A stretch of 64,000 nucleotides of DNA from Sphyrna mokarran. Taxonomy: Eukaryota. Location of the stretch: assembly GCA_024679065.1 (NCBI GenBank), contig JAGIQG010000013.1, positions 43,400,001-43,464,000 on the forward strand, in the 5' to 3' direction. The first letter of the stretch is position 1; each line of letters opens with the position of its first letter. The notes beneath the pieces are model-generated. The model was not told the origin of the DNA and did not search any database. It saw only the letters and a list, made by a program, of their open reading frames with translations. The position numbers were made by a program, and so were the translations under genes. This document shows positions 50,447-63,725 of the stretch, in pieces.

Positions 50447-51820
50447 AATAGAAACACAGAAAGTATAAGCAGAAGTAGGCCATTCTGTCCTTAGACCGTG
50501 CTCTGCCATTCATTTTGATCATGACTAATCATCAACTTCAATATCCTGACCCTGTCTTTCCCCATATCACTTGATCCTTTTAGCCCCAAGAGCTATATCT
50601 AATTTTATCTTGAAATCATGCAGTGTTTTGGCTTTAACTACTTTCTGCGGTAATGAATACTACAGATTCACCACTCTCTGGATGAAGAGGTTGCTTCTTA
50701 CTTCAGACATTAAAGGTTTATTTCTTATCCTCAAAACATGACCCCAAGCTTTGGACTCCCCCGCAATTGTGAACACTCTTTCTGAACCTACCCTGTTTAA
50801 TCCTGTTAGAATTTTATAAAATTCTATGAGGTCTCCATTCACTTTCTGAATTCCAAAGGATATAATCCTAAATGACTTAGTCTGTCCTCATATGACAGAT
50901 CTGCCATCCCAGGAATCAGCTTGATGAACCTTCGCTGTACTCCCTCTATAGTGAGAATATTCTTTCTCAGATAAGGACACCAAAACTGCACACAATACTC
51001 CAGATGTGGCCTCACCAATGTCTATACAATTGCAGTAAAACATCTCTACTCCTATACTCAAATCCTCTTGCTATGAAGGCCAAAATTCCATTTACCTTTA
51101 TTACCTGCTGTACCTGTGTGCTTACTTTCAACAAATGATGCACAAGGCCACCAAGGTCTTGCTGAGTATTCATCTCTCCCAATTTACACCAATTCAAATA
51201 ATAAACTGCCTTCCTATTATTGCCACCAAAACTGATAATCTCAGATTTATCCATATTTTACTGTATCTGCCATGCATCTGCCAACTCACTTAACCTGTCC
51301 AAATCACGCTGAAGCATCTCTGCTTCACAGCTCACCTTCCCATCCAAATCGTTAATACATAATGTGAATAGTTGGAGTCCTAGCACAGATCCCTGCAGTA
51401 CCTCATTAGTCACTGTTCACCAACTGGAAAAAGACTCATTTATGCCAACTTTTTGTTTTCTATCTGCTAAGCAACTTTCTATCCATTTCAAGACACTACC
51501 CACAATCTGAAGTGCTTTAACTTTACATAATAGTCTGCTATGTGTGTCTTTATTGAAAGCCTTTTTAAAGTCTAAATAAAGCATATCCACTGGTTTTCCT
51601 TTATCAGCTCTACTAGTTGCCTCCTCAAAGAATTCGAATAGATTTGTCAAACATGATTTCCTCTTTGTAAATCCATGCTGACTTTGTCTGATTACATAAT
51701 TGTTTTCCAAATGCTGATTTATGAAATCCTTGATAATGGACTCTAGCAACTTCCCCAATACTGAGGTTAGGCTCACTGGTCTATACCTTCTTGTTTTCTC
51801 TCTACCTCTCTTTTTGAAAT
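50447..51820 (-). mobile_element. CR1 LINE fragment
   Basis: SLTSVLGKLLESII...QHGFTKRKSCLTNL...YLDFKKAF; LLQLYR; DLIEFYKILTG. Confidence 0.9.
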
Positions 51821-51849
51821 GACTTGTATCGACTGGCCAGTGGTTGCTA

Positions 51850-52940
51850 CTCTGAGGCTTTAGAGCATGAGTTAATTCATAAGCACATCAGAATCAGCAT
51901 GCTTAAGGCTGTCAGGCCTTTTGCAAACAAAACAGGATTTAACATTAGAGAAGGCTGAACAGTTTGTATGGCAGGCAGAGCTGTTACAGCTGTCCTAAGA
52001 TGTACTTCGGCACTGAGACTTGGTAGGAGTCCACCCATTAAACCCAAAGTTGGGAGCCCTATATGCTGAAAAGCCCACAAGAAGTTCACTAAAACCACTG
52101 AAGGGGCAGGCAAAACTCTTTCTCCTGTGTTAAAATATTCCAGATGCAGTGCCCAAAAAATAGCATCACTGTGAAGACTGCCCAGGAGGGGAAGCTGAAT
52201 GCTTTCTCAGTAGCAAGTCTGGACATGCTGAATAATTCTAAGATTTAAAGCATAATGCAAGCAAGTAAGCTGGAAAAAGCTACTTGCTGTTTTGAGGTCC
52301 AGCAAATTGAAAAAATCAGCATTCCAATCTGACAATTTCCTCAGAGAAATTAAAGATTCTGATCAGCAGTTCTGATCTGTAAAGCCTCAAGTGCAAGGAT
52401 ACAAATCAGAATGTAAAGTGGACACGGGCAGAGGTCATTGTCTTTTCAAAACAGTTCACTGGCTTCAGGCCTGGCTTAAAAAAGTAGAAATCCAACTATC
52501 TAACATAAAACTACAGGGATCAGGTGACAGAAATCTCAAATTGAAGGGTCAGTTCACTAAAAGCTTAGGCATAAGGATAAAAAAAATCAATAAAACTCTT
52601 TATATCTTTCAGAACCAGTCAATTTCTCTTCTCGATAGGTCAGTGTGTTTAAGACTCGGTCAATGAGCTAACAGCAGAGACCAGCGGAGCAATATTCAGG
52701 CATGAATTTCCCAGGACCGGGAAACCTCAAAAGGAATTAAGTCAAAGAAATTGAAATTGACTCATTATGAATTGAGCCAGTCTTTATTGCAGAAACACCA
52801 ACTACTGGACCACAGGAGATGGCAGGCCTCTCAGTTCTTTCTGAAGACAGGCTAGATGAGATAAAGTAGGATACACTAAACAATGAAGTTACTGCAGAAA
52901 TAAATGATCTGTTAGAAGTGCTAGATTCCTTTGATTCCAT
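51850..52940 (+). mobile_element. Gypsy (Mag-like) LTR retrotransposon gag-protease remnant with internal deletion
   Basis: RLSGLLQTKQDLTLEKAEQFVWQAE (gag); H..DCPGGEAECF..KSGH (zinc knuckle); KVDTG/AEVIV (protease, frameshifted); LKLKGQFT..LYIFQNQSISLL; LSEDRLDEIK*DT (RNaseH-integrase linker). Confidence 0.75.
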
Positions 52941-53439
52941 TGTCAATGTCCCTGAAGTCTTTGTTGTCTCTTTTGAGAAGAACAATTCTTTTGCTGAAGA
53001 AGGTAATTATTACATATTTACATTGATTCTCATTGGCTTACTGAGCTCTGCCGTATCAATATATTCATGTATTTACTTGCCGTTATGTCACAAGCCCTTA
53101 CAAGGGAAACAGGCAGAGAAGAAGCAGACATGTAAGAGAACACACACCTGTAAACAAAGCACCACTGTTTTAAACCATTTGTGCTCCCCAGCGTCATTTT
53201 CCAATTTAAAACTAGTGACAAGGGTAAAGAATGGCATTTGCTAGCTACCCGGGAAGATAAATTTACCAGGGAAAAGATTGGGTACAGAAAAATGAGAAAA
53301 TAAGCTTTACACATATGCATTGGATCTAACAGGCTAGGTGGACATAAGTAACAAAACTCTGCAGAAGTTATAGTGCTGGAAGTGTTAAATAAAAGGCTAA
53401 AGCTCAAGTTGTTGCCTTGTGTGAAAGAACCACCCTGTT

Positions 53440-53767
53440 AGGGCAGCACAGTGGTTAGCACTACTGCTTCACAGCTCCAGGGACCTGGGTTCAATCCCCA
53501 GTTCAGGTCACTGTCTGTGTGGAGTTTGCACATTCTCCTTGTGTCTGTGTGGGTTTCCTCTGGGTGCTCTGATTTCCCCTCTCAGTCTAAAGATGTATGG
53601 GTTAGGTCTATTGGCCATTCTAAAATTGCCCCTTAGTGTCCTGGGATGTGTAAGTTGGAGGGATTAGTGGGTAAATGTGTTAGGATATAGGGATAGAGCC
53701 TGGGTGGCTTTGTGGTCAGTGCAGACCCGATGGGCCAAAAGGCCTGTCTCTGCACTGTAGAGTTCTA
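53440..53767 (+). mobile_element. V-SINE/HE1-like SINE, full length with CR1-derived tail
   Basis: Head with B box gggttcaatcc, V-domain core, gatgggccaaaaggcctgtctctgcactgtagagttcta tail. Confidence 0.9.
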
Positions 53768-53889
53768 TATTTTATGTTTTAAAAATGAAACATTGTGAAG
53801 TGTACATACGGGAAACCTCATTAGTAGAAAAATGGCAACAGTTTGAGATTTGCACGGACCCTTTGACAAAAATGTGGAGTGATGGAGCT

Positions 53890-54610
53890 TCTGGTAAATC
53901 TTTGCTGTACTCCCTCCATTCCTCCACATCCTTCTGGTAGTGTGGCAAACAGAATTGAACACTATATTCCAAGTGCAGCCTAACTAAGGTTCTATAAAGC
54001 TGCAACGTGACTTGCCAATTTTGAAACTCAATGCCCGGGCCGATGAAGGCAAGCATGCTGTATTCCTTCTTGACTACCTTTTCAACTTTTATTGCCACTT
54101 TCAGTGACCTGTGTACCTGTACACCCAGATCCCTCTGACTATCAATACTTTTAAGAGTTTTGCATTTACTGTATATTTCCTATCTGTATTAGACCTTCCA
54201 AAATGCATTACTTCACATTTGTCTGGATTAAACTCCAACTGCCATTTCTCCGTCCAAACCTCCAACTGATCTATATCCTGCTGTATTCTCTGATGGTCCT
54301 CGTCACTATCCGCAAATCCACCAAACTTTGTATCATCTGCAAATTTACTAATTAAATTAAACTTTACTTTTCCTCCAAATCATTTATATATATTACAAAC
54401 AGCAAAGGTCCCAGCACTGATCCCTGAGGAACACCACTTGTCACAGCCTTCCATTCAGAAACACATCCCTCCATTGCTATACTCTGCCTTTTATGATCAA
54501 ACCAGTTCGTATCCACCTTGTTATCTCACCTCTGATCACCATATGACTTCACCTTCTATGCCAGTCTGCCATGAGAGACCTTGCCAAAGGCCTTACTGAA
54601 ATCCATGTTC
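53890..54610 (-). mobile_element. CR1 RT fragment
   Basis: LQLYRTLVRLHLEYSVQF; GVPQGSVLG and KFADD regions. Confidence 0.85.
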
Positions 54611-55344
54611 ATCTCCATGAATATATGATCATAGGTCCTGCAATCAGTTGGGATTGAGCACTTGCCTTTCTACTTTTTCTTCACATCATGCAATCTCATG
54701 GAATCAGAACACTTTCCTTTATCCTATTCTCTTGCCTGTGTAAGATGCAACCAGAGGGCTAGTCTGACAAGAGATCATTAGAGCTGTTGCAATTCGCAAG
54801 GGTTATGGGACTGTGGTAGACAGAGGTTTAGCATACCTTGGTTCCATTGCTCCCTATTACTCACATCATAACTGCCATGGCTACTTTGTTCTTGAGTAGA
54901 ATTTTATCTTTAAAGCTTCTTCTCTCCATTTAACATTCTGCCTGTGTGTCATTCTGAGGGGACAGGTCAATGTTTGGCTAATCTTCTGATAAATGGCAGT
55001 TCTATCAATTGGGTCCCACATTAGATATTCTCTGTTACAACAGTATAAATCACTGTTATAACTAGGATGTGCACTTTTTGTTTAAAAATATCCAGCCCAA
55101 TATCAAACTATACATTGGAATGGCAATAGGGCTCCCTTGTGATCTGAGCTGAATGTCTTTCACACGCATCCCCTTGTGCACTTTTCCAATACTTTGGTGG
55201 GTGGACTACAATAGCTCTTGTGAAGAAGTACTCAACGACAGATTGTTAAACTGTTTTACTTCACAGACTGGAAGAAAACATATTGATCAAAATAGTTCTA
55301 TTTTCACTCACATTTTAACCATTATAGGTTTGCTTTTCATAAAA

Positions 55345-56080
55345 GTATGTAGAATCATCGAATAATATAGACTGTAAGGAGACCATTTGGTCCATCAATG
55401 TATTGGCTCTTTGAAAGAACAATGCAATTCATCCTGTTCTCCTGCTTTATGTCCATAGCTCTGAAAATATTTTCCATTTGAATATTAATCCAATACCGTT
55501 AGAAAATTTTCATTGAATCTGCTTCCAGCACCTTTTCAGGCAGTCTATTTCCAGATTGTAATATAGAACAATACAGCACAAACAGGCTCTTCGGCCATGA
55601 GTTGCACCGATCACATCTATATCTACCAATCCACTGACCTATTTATAACCCCCTATCCCATTCGTTTCCATATACTCATCCAGAAGTCTTTTAAAAGACC
55701 CCAGCGAGTTTGCCTCTACCACCTCCGATGGCAGCCGATTCCATTCACTCACCACCCTCTGAGTGAAAAACTTACCCCTAACGTCCCCTCTGTATTTGCT
55801 TCCCTGCAACTTAAATCTGTGTCCCCTCGTAGTGATTATTTCAGCTTGGAGAAATAGTCTCTGAGAATCCACCCTATCTATTCCTCTCAACATTTTATAA
55901 ACCTCTATCAGGTCACCTCTCAACCTACGTCTCTCCAGTGAGAAGAGTCCCAGCTCCCTCAACCTATCTTTGTAAGGCCTCCCTCCCAATCCAGGCAGCA
56001 TCCTTGTAAATCTCCTCTGCACTCTCTCAATAGCCTCTACATCCTTCCTATAGTGAGGCGACCAGAACTGCGCACAATAA
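55345..56080 (-). mobile_element. Two CR1 3' ends (younger copy 55562-56080)
   Basis: ORF 55639-56022 QRRFTRMLPG...LFSLERRRLRGDLIEVYK. Confidence 0.9.
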
Positions 56081-56446
56081 ACAACTCTCTACAGAGTTTA
56101 GTTTTTCCTCATATAACCTCTGGTTTTTTTTTTGCCGACAAATTTGGGCCCACTGGTTACTAAGTTGCCACTGAAAACAATTTTTCCTCTATTTTATCAA
56201 AATACTTTGCATTAAATATAAAAATATGTTTTGGGTCTTTATGGTTCTTAATTTGTCTGCCTTCCTCAGTTCATTGGATATCTTCCACATTGCCCACAGT
56301 ATTGCCGTTGAGAGAGCTGGACTTCAGTGTCACAGACACCACCATTTCTATACCATAAAATACATTTTTCAGAGATTTTCACTCATGGGTACCCGGCCAT
56401 GCTTCTCTTGCAAATTCTCAAAGAATATTTCATTTCCTCTCTTTTT

Positions 56447-56750
56447 GGGCAGCATGGGAGGCACAGTGGTTAGCACAATTCCCTCACAGAGTCAGAGACC
56501 CGGGTTTGATCCCCCAGCTGAGATCACTGTCTATGTGGAGTTTGCACATTCTCCCTGTGTCTGTGTGGGTTTCCTTCAGGTGCTCCGGCTTGCTCCCACA
56601 TCCAAAGATGTCCAGGTTAAGTGCATTGGCTTTGCTAAAGTTTTCTTCAGTGAACCTGAATAGGTGCCAGAGTGTGGTAACTAGGAGATTTTCATAGTAA
56701 CTTCATTGCAGTGTGAATGTGAACCTACTTGTAACTAATAAATAACATTT
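56447..56750 (+). mobile_element. V-SINE/HE1-like SINE (second tail type)
   Basis: Head, core and aataaataa tail. Confidence 0.85.
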
Positions 56751-56984
56751 TTCTTATGTCTTTCCAATGCTTTTCTCATTTATGAGTACGACTGCCTATG
56801 TGTCCACTTGAAGACAGTTTGTTAAAGTACCACAAGTTCTCAAGAGTAGGCCATTATAACTACTTGACAGTGAATACTATAAGAAAAACTTACCTGCTGC
56901 TGCTGCTCCAGCTTGCTGTTGAAATCTTCAGCCATTCTAGTTTTATTAAAAAAGCTGCACTTCAAATTTTTATCTGGCTTTTCA

Positions 56985-57400
56985 GAAACTAAAAAAGGTC
57001 ATGAACAAAGCCAGTCAATCACATAAATCATTGACTCCATCTACAATTCCCATTGTCTCAGAAAAACAACCAGCATAATTAAGGACCCCACACAGCCTGG
57101 AAATTCTCACTTTCACCTTCTTCAGTCAGGAAAAAGATACAAAAGTCTGAGATCACTTAAAAACCAACTCAAGGACAGCTTCTTCCCTGCTGCCGTCAGA
57201 CCTTTGAATTGACCTATGTTATATTAAATTGACCTTTCTCTACACCCTAGCTATGAGTGTAACATTACATTCTGCACGCTCCTTTCCTTCTCTATAAATG
57301 GTATGCTTTATCCGTATAGCGCGCAAGAAACAATAATTTTCATCATTTACTAATGCATGTGACAACAACAGATCAAGTCAAATAATGAATCAAATTAAAA
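56985..57400 (+). mobile_element. Rex1/Babar-type LINE 3' end
   Basis: Homologous to 2020-2612 and 4410-4682 (IIKDPTQPG..LLQSGKRYKSLRS..QLKDSFFP). Confidence 0.8.
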
Positions 57401-57568
57401 TCAAGTATACTCCTGCAATATATGGGATATTGTTCAATCATCTCCACTGGGTATGCAAATAAACTGACGGCGTGACTGGCAGCCAGTTCAGCTCTGACTG
57501 AGATGATGACGGACAGCAAAGACAATTGAGCAGCGCAATATTGGGGAGGAATGGAAATTGGCATTATT

Positions 57569-58658
57569 CAGTAAGAATTTAGCAACACCAATTATTAATC
57601 CAACCGATTTATTTGATAGTAAAATAGCGAGCTTTCAACACTCCCGTGTCTTCATCAGGCAAGTGCAGTGTTCTGGTCTGCAATAGCACACATCAGCACA
57701 GACAGTCAGAGATTGCTGATTAGAATGCGAATCCTTACATCCAACCTGCTATTTAAGTGTTAAAGTGGCTAACAATGTGTGTGAAGGGGATCCTGAGCAT
57801 TGTTAGAGAATTGTGTATTTTCTCCAGACAGCACAGTAAGTGAGGTTTTTTGCTAACCCAGGCAAGTTACGGGGGTTACAGATAGTGTGTCATGAAGCCA
57901 AGATCCCTGTTAAGACCGTCCTCATGTGTGCGGAGCTTGGCTATCAGTCTCTGCTCAGCGACTCTGCGCTGTCGTGTATCACGAAAGCCCCCTTGAAGAA
58001 CATTTACCCGCAGGTCGGAGGCCGAATGCCCATGACTGCTGAAGTGTTCACCCACAGGAAGGGAACTGTTTTGCCTGGTGATTGTTGAGCGATGCTCATT
58101 CATCCGCTGTCGTAGTGTTTGCATGGTCTCCCCAATATACCATGCTTCGGGACATCCTTTCTTGCAACGTATTAGGTAGACAACGTTGGCCGAGTTGCAA
58201 GAGTATGTACCGTGCACCTGGTGAATGGTATCCTCACGTTTGATGATGTCGTCCATGTCTATGATCCGGCATGTCTTGCAGAGGTTGCTGTGGCAGGGTT
58301 GTGTGGTATTGTGGTCACTGTTCTCCTGAAGGTTGGGTAGTTTGCTGCGAACAATGATCTGTTTGAGGTTGTGCGGTTGTCTGAAAGCAAGAAGTGGGGG
58401 GGTGGGGATGGCCCTAGCGAGATGTTCATCGTCATCAATGACATGTTGAAGACTCCGGAGAAGATGTCGTAGCTTCTCCGCTCCGGGGAAGTACTGGACA
58501 ACAAAGGGTACTCTGTCCACCTTGTCCCGTGTTCGTCTTCTGAGGAGATCAGTGCGGTTTATCGTTGTGGCACGTTGGAACTGTCGATCGATGAGTCGAG
58601 CGCCATATCCTGTTCTCACGAGTGCATCCTTCAGTGTCTGGAGGTGTCTGTCACGATC
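57569..58658 (-). mobile_element. Penelope-like retroelement, 5'-truncated: RT-thumb/linker + GIY-YIG endonuclease + 3' pLTR with hammerhead
   Basis: Uninterrupted frame to 57876: PCHSNLCKTC linker, NVVYLIRC..C...YIGET..LRQRMNEH, VGEHF...H, RRVAEQRLI, GLNRD; perfect 13-bp TSD aattggcattatt at 57556-57568 and 58659-58671. Confidence 0.95.
57625..57663 (-). ncRNA. Minimal hammerhead ribozyme motif in the PLE 3' pLTR
   Basis: UUGC-CUGAUGA-A-GACAC(GGGA)GUGUU-GAAA-GC-UC-GCUA: intact core, 5-bp stem II with GNRA loop. Confidence 0.8.
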
Positions 58659-59827
58659 AATTGGCATTATTGACAGTGTAATGGCAGCAAATGACCACCA
58701 GATGGTGGAAGAATCGTACTCCTTCTGTATTCGTCCTAATAACAGTTCACAAGATAGTTACAAATCAGGAGAATATTAGGCTCTGATTATTCATCAACAC
58801 CTCTTGTTATCAGCATGACTGCCAGTGTGGTAGAAGATGAACTAGGATGGACTGTGGTCTTTTTTCAATGCAGTCACTTCTATATTCCTTCAAAGGAATA
58901 TCAGAAAAATGGAATATTTTGTTTGATTCCTTGATCACAAAGATCAAGATCATATTCCCTTACCAGTGACTACACCCTTTCCTTGGCAGCTCATGCTAGT
59001 TGAAGCAGGCTGTGCAAAAGCTCAGATTCCCTTTTGACCAAAGCAAATTTTCAAACATCATTATCTTATCCACAAAAGCGGTGACTTCTACCTTTCCAAC
59101 ATCTCTTGTTGCTGCCCCACTGCATCCTCAGTGCTGCTGAAATGCTGATCAATATTAAAATGAAGTTTAGGTTCAGTTTCACCACTGTCGCAGGCTCTTA
59201 AATCTCTACACACTCCAATTTATCTAAACACCTGCTGCCCCTCAGTAAATCCCACTTGTAAATTACACCTCCAATGACTCCATTGAACCACTCTGGCCCC
59301 CTGTCCCCAGTCCTCATTCTTGTTTTCAGATTTTGGAAAACCCCATTGCTCTCCAGTCATATGTTTCTGGACCTTGAGTGTCCCTCCTGTCCTACACTCC
59401 GTCCCAGCTGGTGTGCTGCACTTGTGGAACTCACTTCCTCTGTAAATCTCGCCTGTAAATCAAGCTCTTTTAGCTTTTTCATCTCTCAAAAAGTTTGGTA
59501 TCCACTCCTGTCGTCTTTTGTGTACTGTCAGGGAACAATTTTCTATATTAAAGGTTCTTTGTGGTTGGAATCAACCCACCCCTCTGGTGGGTTCTGAAGC
59601 TGTGTGGAGGAGTGGGGGGGGGTCAGGGGGTGTGGTTGGTAAGGTTGGTGAAATTGTATGGGTGGGATTCTGCCCAAGATCCCACTGGCCTTGACCCATA
59701 CCTAATTTCACAGTGGAACAGATAGTGCCTGAGATGAGAAGCCCACCCCATGTCTCTATTTCAACCCTTAATTTGTTTGATACCTTGTATCATTGTCTAT
59801 CAAGCAGCCTCAACCAATAGTGTCTTT

Positions 59828-62593
59828 AGAACATAGAACATAGAACAATACAGCACAGAACAGGCCCTTCGGCCTTCGATGTTGTGCCGACCAAAATAAA
59901 AAGCAATGCCCTCCTAACTAAACCATTCCCTTCTCATCCATATACTTATCAACTAACCTCTTAAACGCCACCAAACTTGGCGCATCTACAACAGCTGCAG
60001 GCAGGGCATTCCACTCCCTAATCACTCTTTGAGTAAAGAACTACCTCTGATATCCGTCCTATAACTCATACCCCTTAATTTAAAGCTGTGTCCCCTCGTG
60101 CTAGCTTTCTCCATCCTAGGAAAAAGGCTATCACTGTCCACCCTATCTAAACCTCTAATCATCTTATATGCTTCAATAAGATCCCCCCTTAGCTGCCTCC
60201 TTTCTAACGAAAACAACCTCAAATCCTTCAACCTCTCTTCATAGGACCTGCCCTCCATACCAGGCAACATCCTGGTAAACCTCCTCTGTACCCTCTCCAA
60301 TGCCTCCACATCTTTCTTATAATGTGGGGACCAGAACTGCACACAATACTCCAAGTGCGGCCGCACTAGAGTTTTGTACAGTTGCAACATGATGCTGCGG
60401 CTCCTAAATTCAATCCCCTACCAATAAAAGCTAAGACTCCATATGCCTTCTTAACAACTTTATCCACTTGACTGCCTCCTTTCAGGGATCTATTGACACA
60501 TACACCAAGATCCTTCTGTTCCTCAACACTATTAAGAGCCCTACCATTAGCCCTATACTCTACACATTTATTGTTCCTGCCAAAGTGCATTACTCACACT
60601 TTTCCACATTAAACTCCATTTGCCACCTCTCGGCCCAGCTCTGCAACTTGTCCAAGTCACTCTGTAAACTAAACACCCCTCTTCACTATCTACCACACCA
60701 CCAACTTTAGTATCATCTGCAAATTTACTGATCCATCCCTCAATACCCTCATCCAGATCATTTATAAAAATTACAAACAGCAGGGGCCCCAAAACAGACC
60801 CCTGAGGCATACCACTTGTCACCGAACTCACGATGAATATCTCCCATCAACCACCACCCTCTGTCTTCTATCTGCCAGCCAATTCCTAATCCAATTAGCT
60901 AAATCACCCTCTATTCCACGCATCTGCATTTTCTGTAGAAGTCTTCCATGGGCCACCTTATCAAACGCCTTACTAAAGTCCATATATACTACATCAACCG
61001 CCTTACCCCCATCCACCTCTTTGGTCACTTTCTCAAAAAAATCAATGAGGTTAGTAAGGCATGACCTACCCTTCACGAAACCATGCTGACTATCCCCAAT
61101 CAATTCATTTCTCTCTAAATAACTATAAATCCTATCCCTAATAATTCTCTCCAATACCGTGCCCACCACAGAAGTAAGACTCACTGGCCTATAATTCCCA
61201 GGAAGGTCTCTCTTCCCCTTCTTAAACAATGGGACCACATTCGCCATCCTCCAGTCCTCCTGAACCACACCCGTAACCAACGAGGACCTGAAGATCAGAG
61301 CCAGAGGCTCTGCAATCTCCTCTCTTGCCTCCCAGAGAATCCTAGGGTAAATCCCGTCCGGACCAGGGGACTTATCCAACTTCAAACCCTCGAGAATTTC
61401 TAGCACATCCTCCCTATCTACTACAATACTTCCCAATTTGCAACCTGTACCTCAGTGTTCTCCATAGCTACATTTCCAGCACTCTGCGTGAATACCGAAG
61501 AGAAATATTTATTCAGTGCCTCACCAATCTCTTCAGGCTCCACGCACAACTTCCCACTGCTGTCTATGACTGGCCCTAATCTTGCCCTAACCAATCTTCT
61601 ATTCTTAACATATCGAAAGAAAGCTGTAGGATTCTCCTTAATCCTATCAGCCAACATCTTCTCGTGTCCCCTCTTAGCTCTCCTCAATTCACTTTTTACC
61701 TCCTCCCTGGCTAATCTATAGCTATCCATTGCACTATCTGAGCCTTCAAGCCTCATCCTGACATAAGCCTCCTTTTTCTTCTTAACCAGCAAATCAACTT
61801 TTTTCGTACACCAAGGCTCTCTTACTAGTCCATTTCCTCCCTGCCTGACAGGGACATACTTATCAAGGACTCGCAGCAGCTGCTCCTTGAATAAGCACCA
61901 CATTCCAGATGTTCCCAGTCCCTGTAGTGCCCTAGTCCAATCTATGCACCCTAATTCTCTCCTGATGGCCTCATAATTACCCTTCCCCCAGCTATAACTA
62001 CTGCCCCCAGCTTCATGCCTATCCCTGTCCATCAATAAGGTGAACGTAACCGAATTGTGGTCACTATCACCAAAATGTTCACTAACTTCCAAGCCTAACA
62101 CCTGGTCTGGCTCATTGCCCAGCACCAAATCCAATGTAGCCTCACCTCTAGTTGGCCTATCTACATACTGAGTCAAAAAACCTTCCTGCCCACTCTGTAC
62201 GAAAACTGACCCCTCTAACGAGCTAGAGCTATAGCTATTCCAATCAATATTAGCAAAGTTAAAGTCCCCCATCACAATTACCCTACTACTTTCACTCCTA
62301 ATCAGAATTGACTTCGCAATCCTTTCCTCAACCTCTCTAGAACTATGAGGAGGTCTGTAAAAGACTCCCAACAGGGTGACCTCTCCTCTCCTGTTTCTAA
62401 TCTCAGCCCATACTACCTCAACAGACAAGTCCTCATCAAACTTCTTTTCAATCACCGTGATACAGTCTTTGACCAGTAACGCCACTCCTCCCCCCCTTCT
62501 ACCCCCTTCTCTACTCCGACTAAAGCATTTGTACCCCGGAACCTGCAACATCCATTCCTGTCCCTGCTCTACCCAAGTCTCTGAAATGGCCAC
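59828..62593 (-). mobile_element. Relatively young CR1 LINE, 5'-truncated in the endonuclease, ORF2 with several frameshifts
   Basis: EN (VAISETW, GVFYRPP, MGDFN, SDHN), RT ([29 protein letters not shown]), (AGAACAT)n tail; 4-bp cttt at both ends. Confidence 0.97.
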
Positions 62594-62797
62594 TGCAGGC
62601 ACTTTCTTATCCACTGCAGGCAAATAAGTAGAAATATTGGTTCCTATCATTTACCATAGTTAAGTGATATATCTCAGACTTTCTAATTTTCCTTATTGTC
62701 TTTCTCTTTCCCATGTCTCTGGTTTCCTGTATTTCTTGATCTGTCTATCTTTCAGTCCCGCTGTTTTGCTCTCCTTCCAACTCCCATTCTACCTTTG

Positions 62798-63072
62798 AAT
62801 GGCATAGTGGTTAGCACTGCTGCTTCACAGTGCCAGGAACCTGGGTTTAATTCCTGATTTGGGTCAATGTCTGCATGAAGCTTGCACATCCTTTGTGTGT
62901 ATTGCCTTCCTGTTCTGGTTTCCTCCCACAGTCCGAAAGATTTGCTGGTTGGGTGCATTGGCACTGGTAAATTCTGCCTCTGAACCTGAACAGGTGCCAG
63001 AGTGTGGCGAAAAGGAGATTTTCACAGTAACTTCATTGTAATGTAAATGTAAGCCTACTTGTGACAATAAAA
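62798..63072 (+). mobile_element. V-SINE/HE1-like SINE (second tail type); duplicated copy starts at ~63972
   Basis: Head, core and tail homology. Confidence 0.85.
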
Positions 63073-63725
63073 AGCCCATTGGTGGCCTTTTCCTATCCTG
63101 CCTCAATATTCAGGCTAGCAGGTACAAATTGGAATGTGGTACCAATTAGAAAAAAATAGCCATCTATTTCTTGGGCAGGAACAGGGACTTGCCTCAATCT
63201 GATAAGACTGGCAGATTTAGGGCACATTCCCTTCAGTGATTGGGGAGCTTCAGCTCTCCTACACCCACCAGGTCTAGTCTCTGACACCAATATTGTCCTC
63301 CCCACCCCCCACTCTCACATCCATATCCACATCCACCCCCAATCTCAACCTCCCAGAGCATCTGGGAGCACCCTCTGGTGCTCTGAGAGCACCCTTTGGG
63401 AGCAACCTCCCAGAACACCCTCTTACACCTGATGCTTATCTGAAGAATAGTCTCAGGATTGAGGTGCAGGCATGGCAATATAGTATCTCTTCTGGCCACT
63501 GCAGCGCTGTGCCTGGAGTTGCCGAAGAGTTGTCCATCAATCTCCAAGGTAGGAGAGCTGTACCAGGGTGGATGGAAGTCCTGTCTGCTGCCAATCAATA
63601 CTCACGTGAGTGTAAAATCTCAGCAGGCTTGTCGCATCCCCACCACTCGCAGGATAGTGGCTGTCAAGTGCTCACCATCTTGAAAATTCAGTCTGATAAG
63701 TGTAAATTGTTGCTGTGATCTGTAC

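Noticed and set aside
52613-53002. Apparent 390-nt phase 1-1 plus-strand pseudo-exon encoding an acidic peptide
   Set aside because: It has five in-frame stops, and the region is continuous with Gypsy/Mag gag-protease and linker motifs, so the splice-like sites are probably chance
58659-58667. ATG start of the 263-aa GIY-YIG ORF suggesting a domesticated nuclease
   Set aside because: The ATG lies within the target-site duplication and is fortuitous; there is no promoter or conservation evidence
61421-62650. 409-aa ORF as an intact gene start
   Set aside because: The first ~19 residues come from flanking DNA and junction filler; this is a 5'-truncated CR1 ORF2
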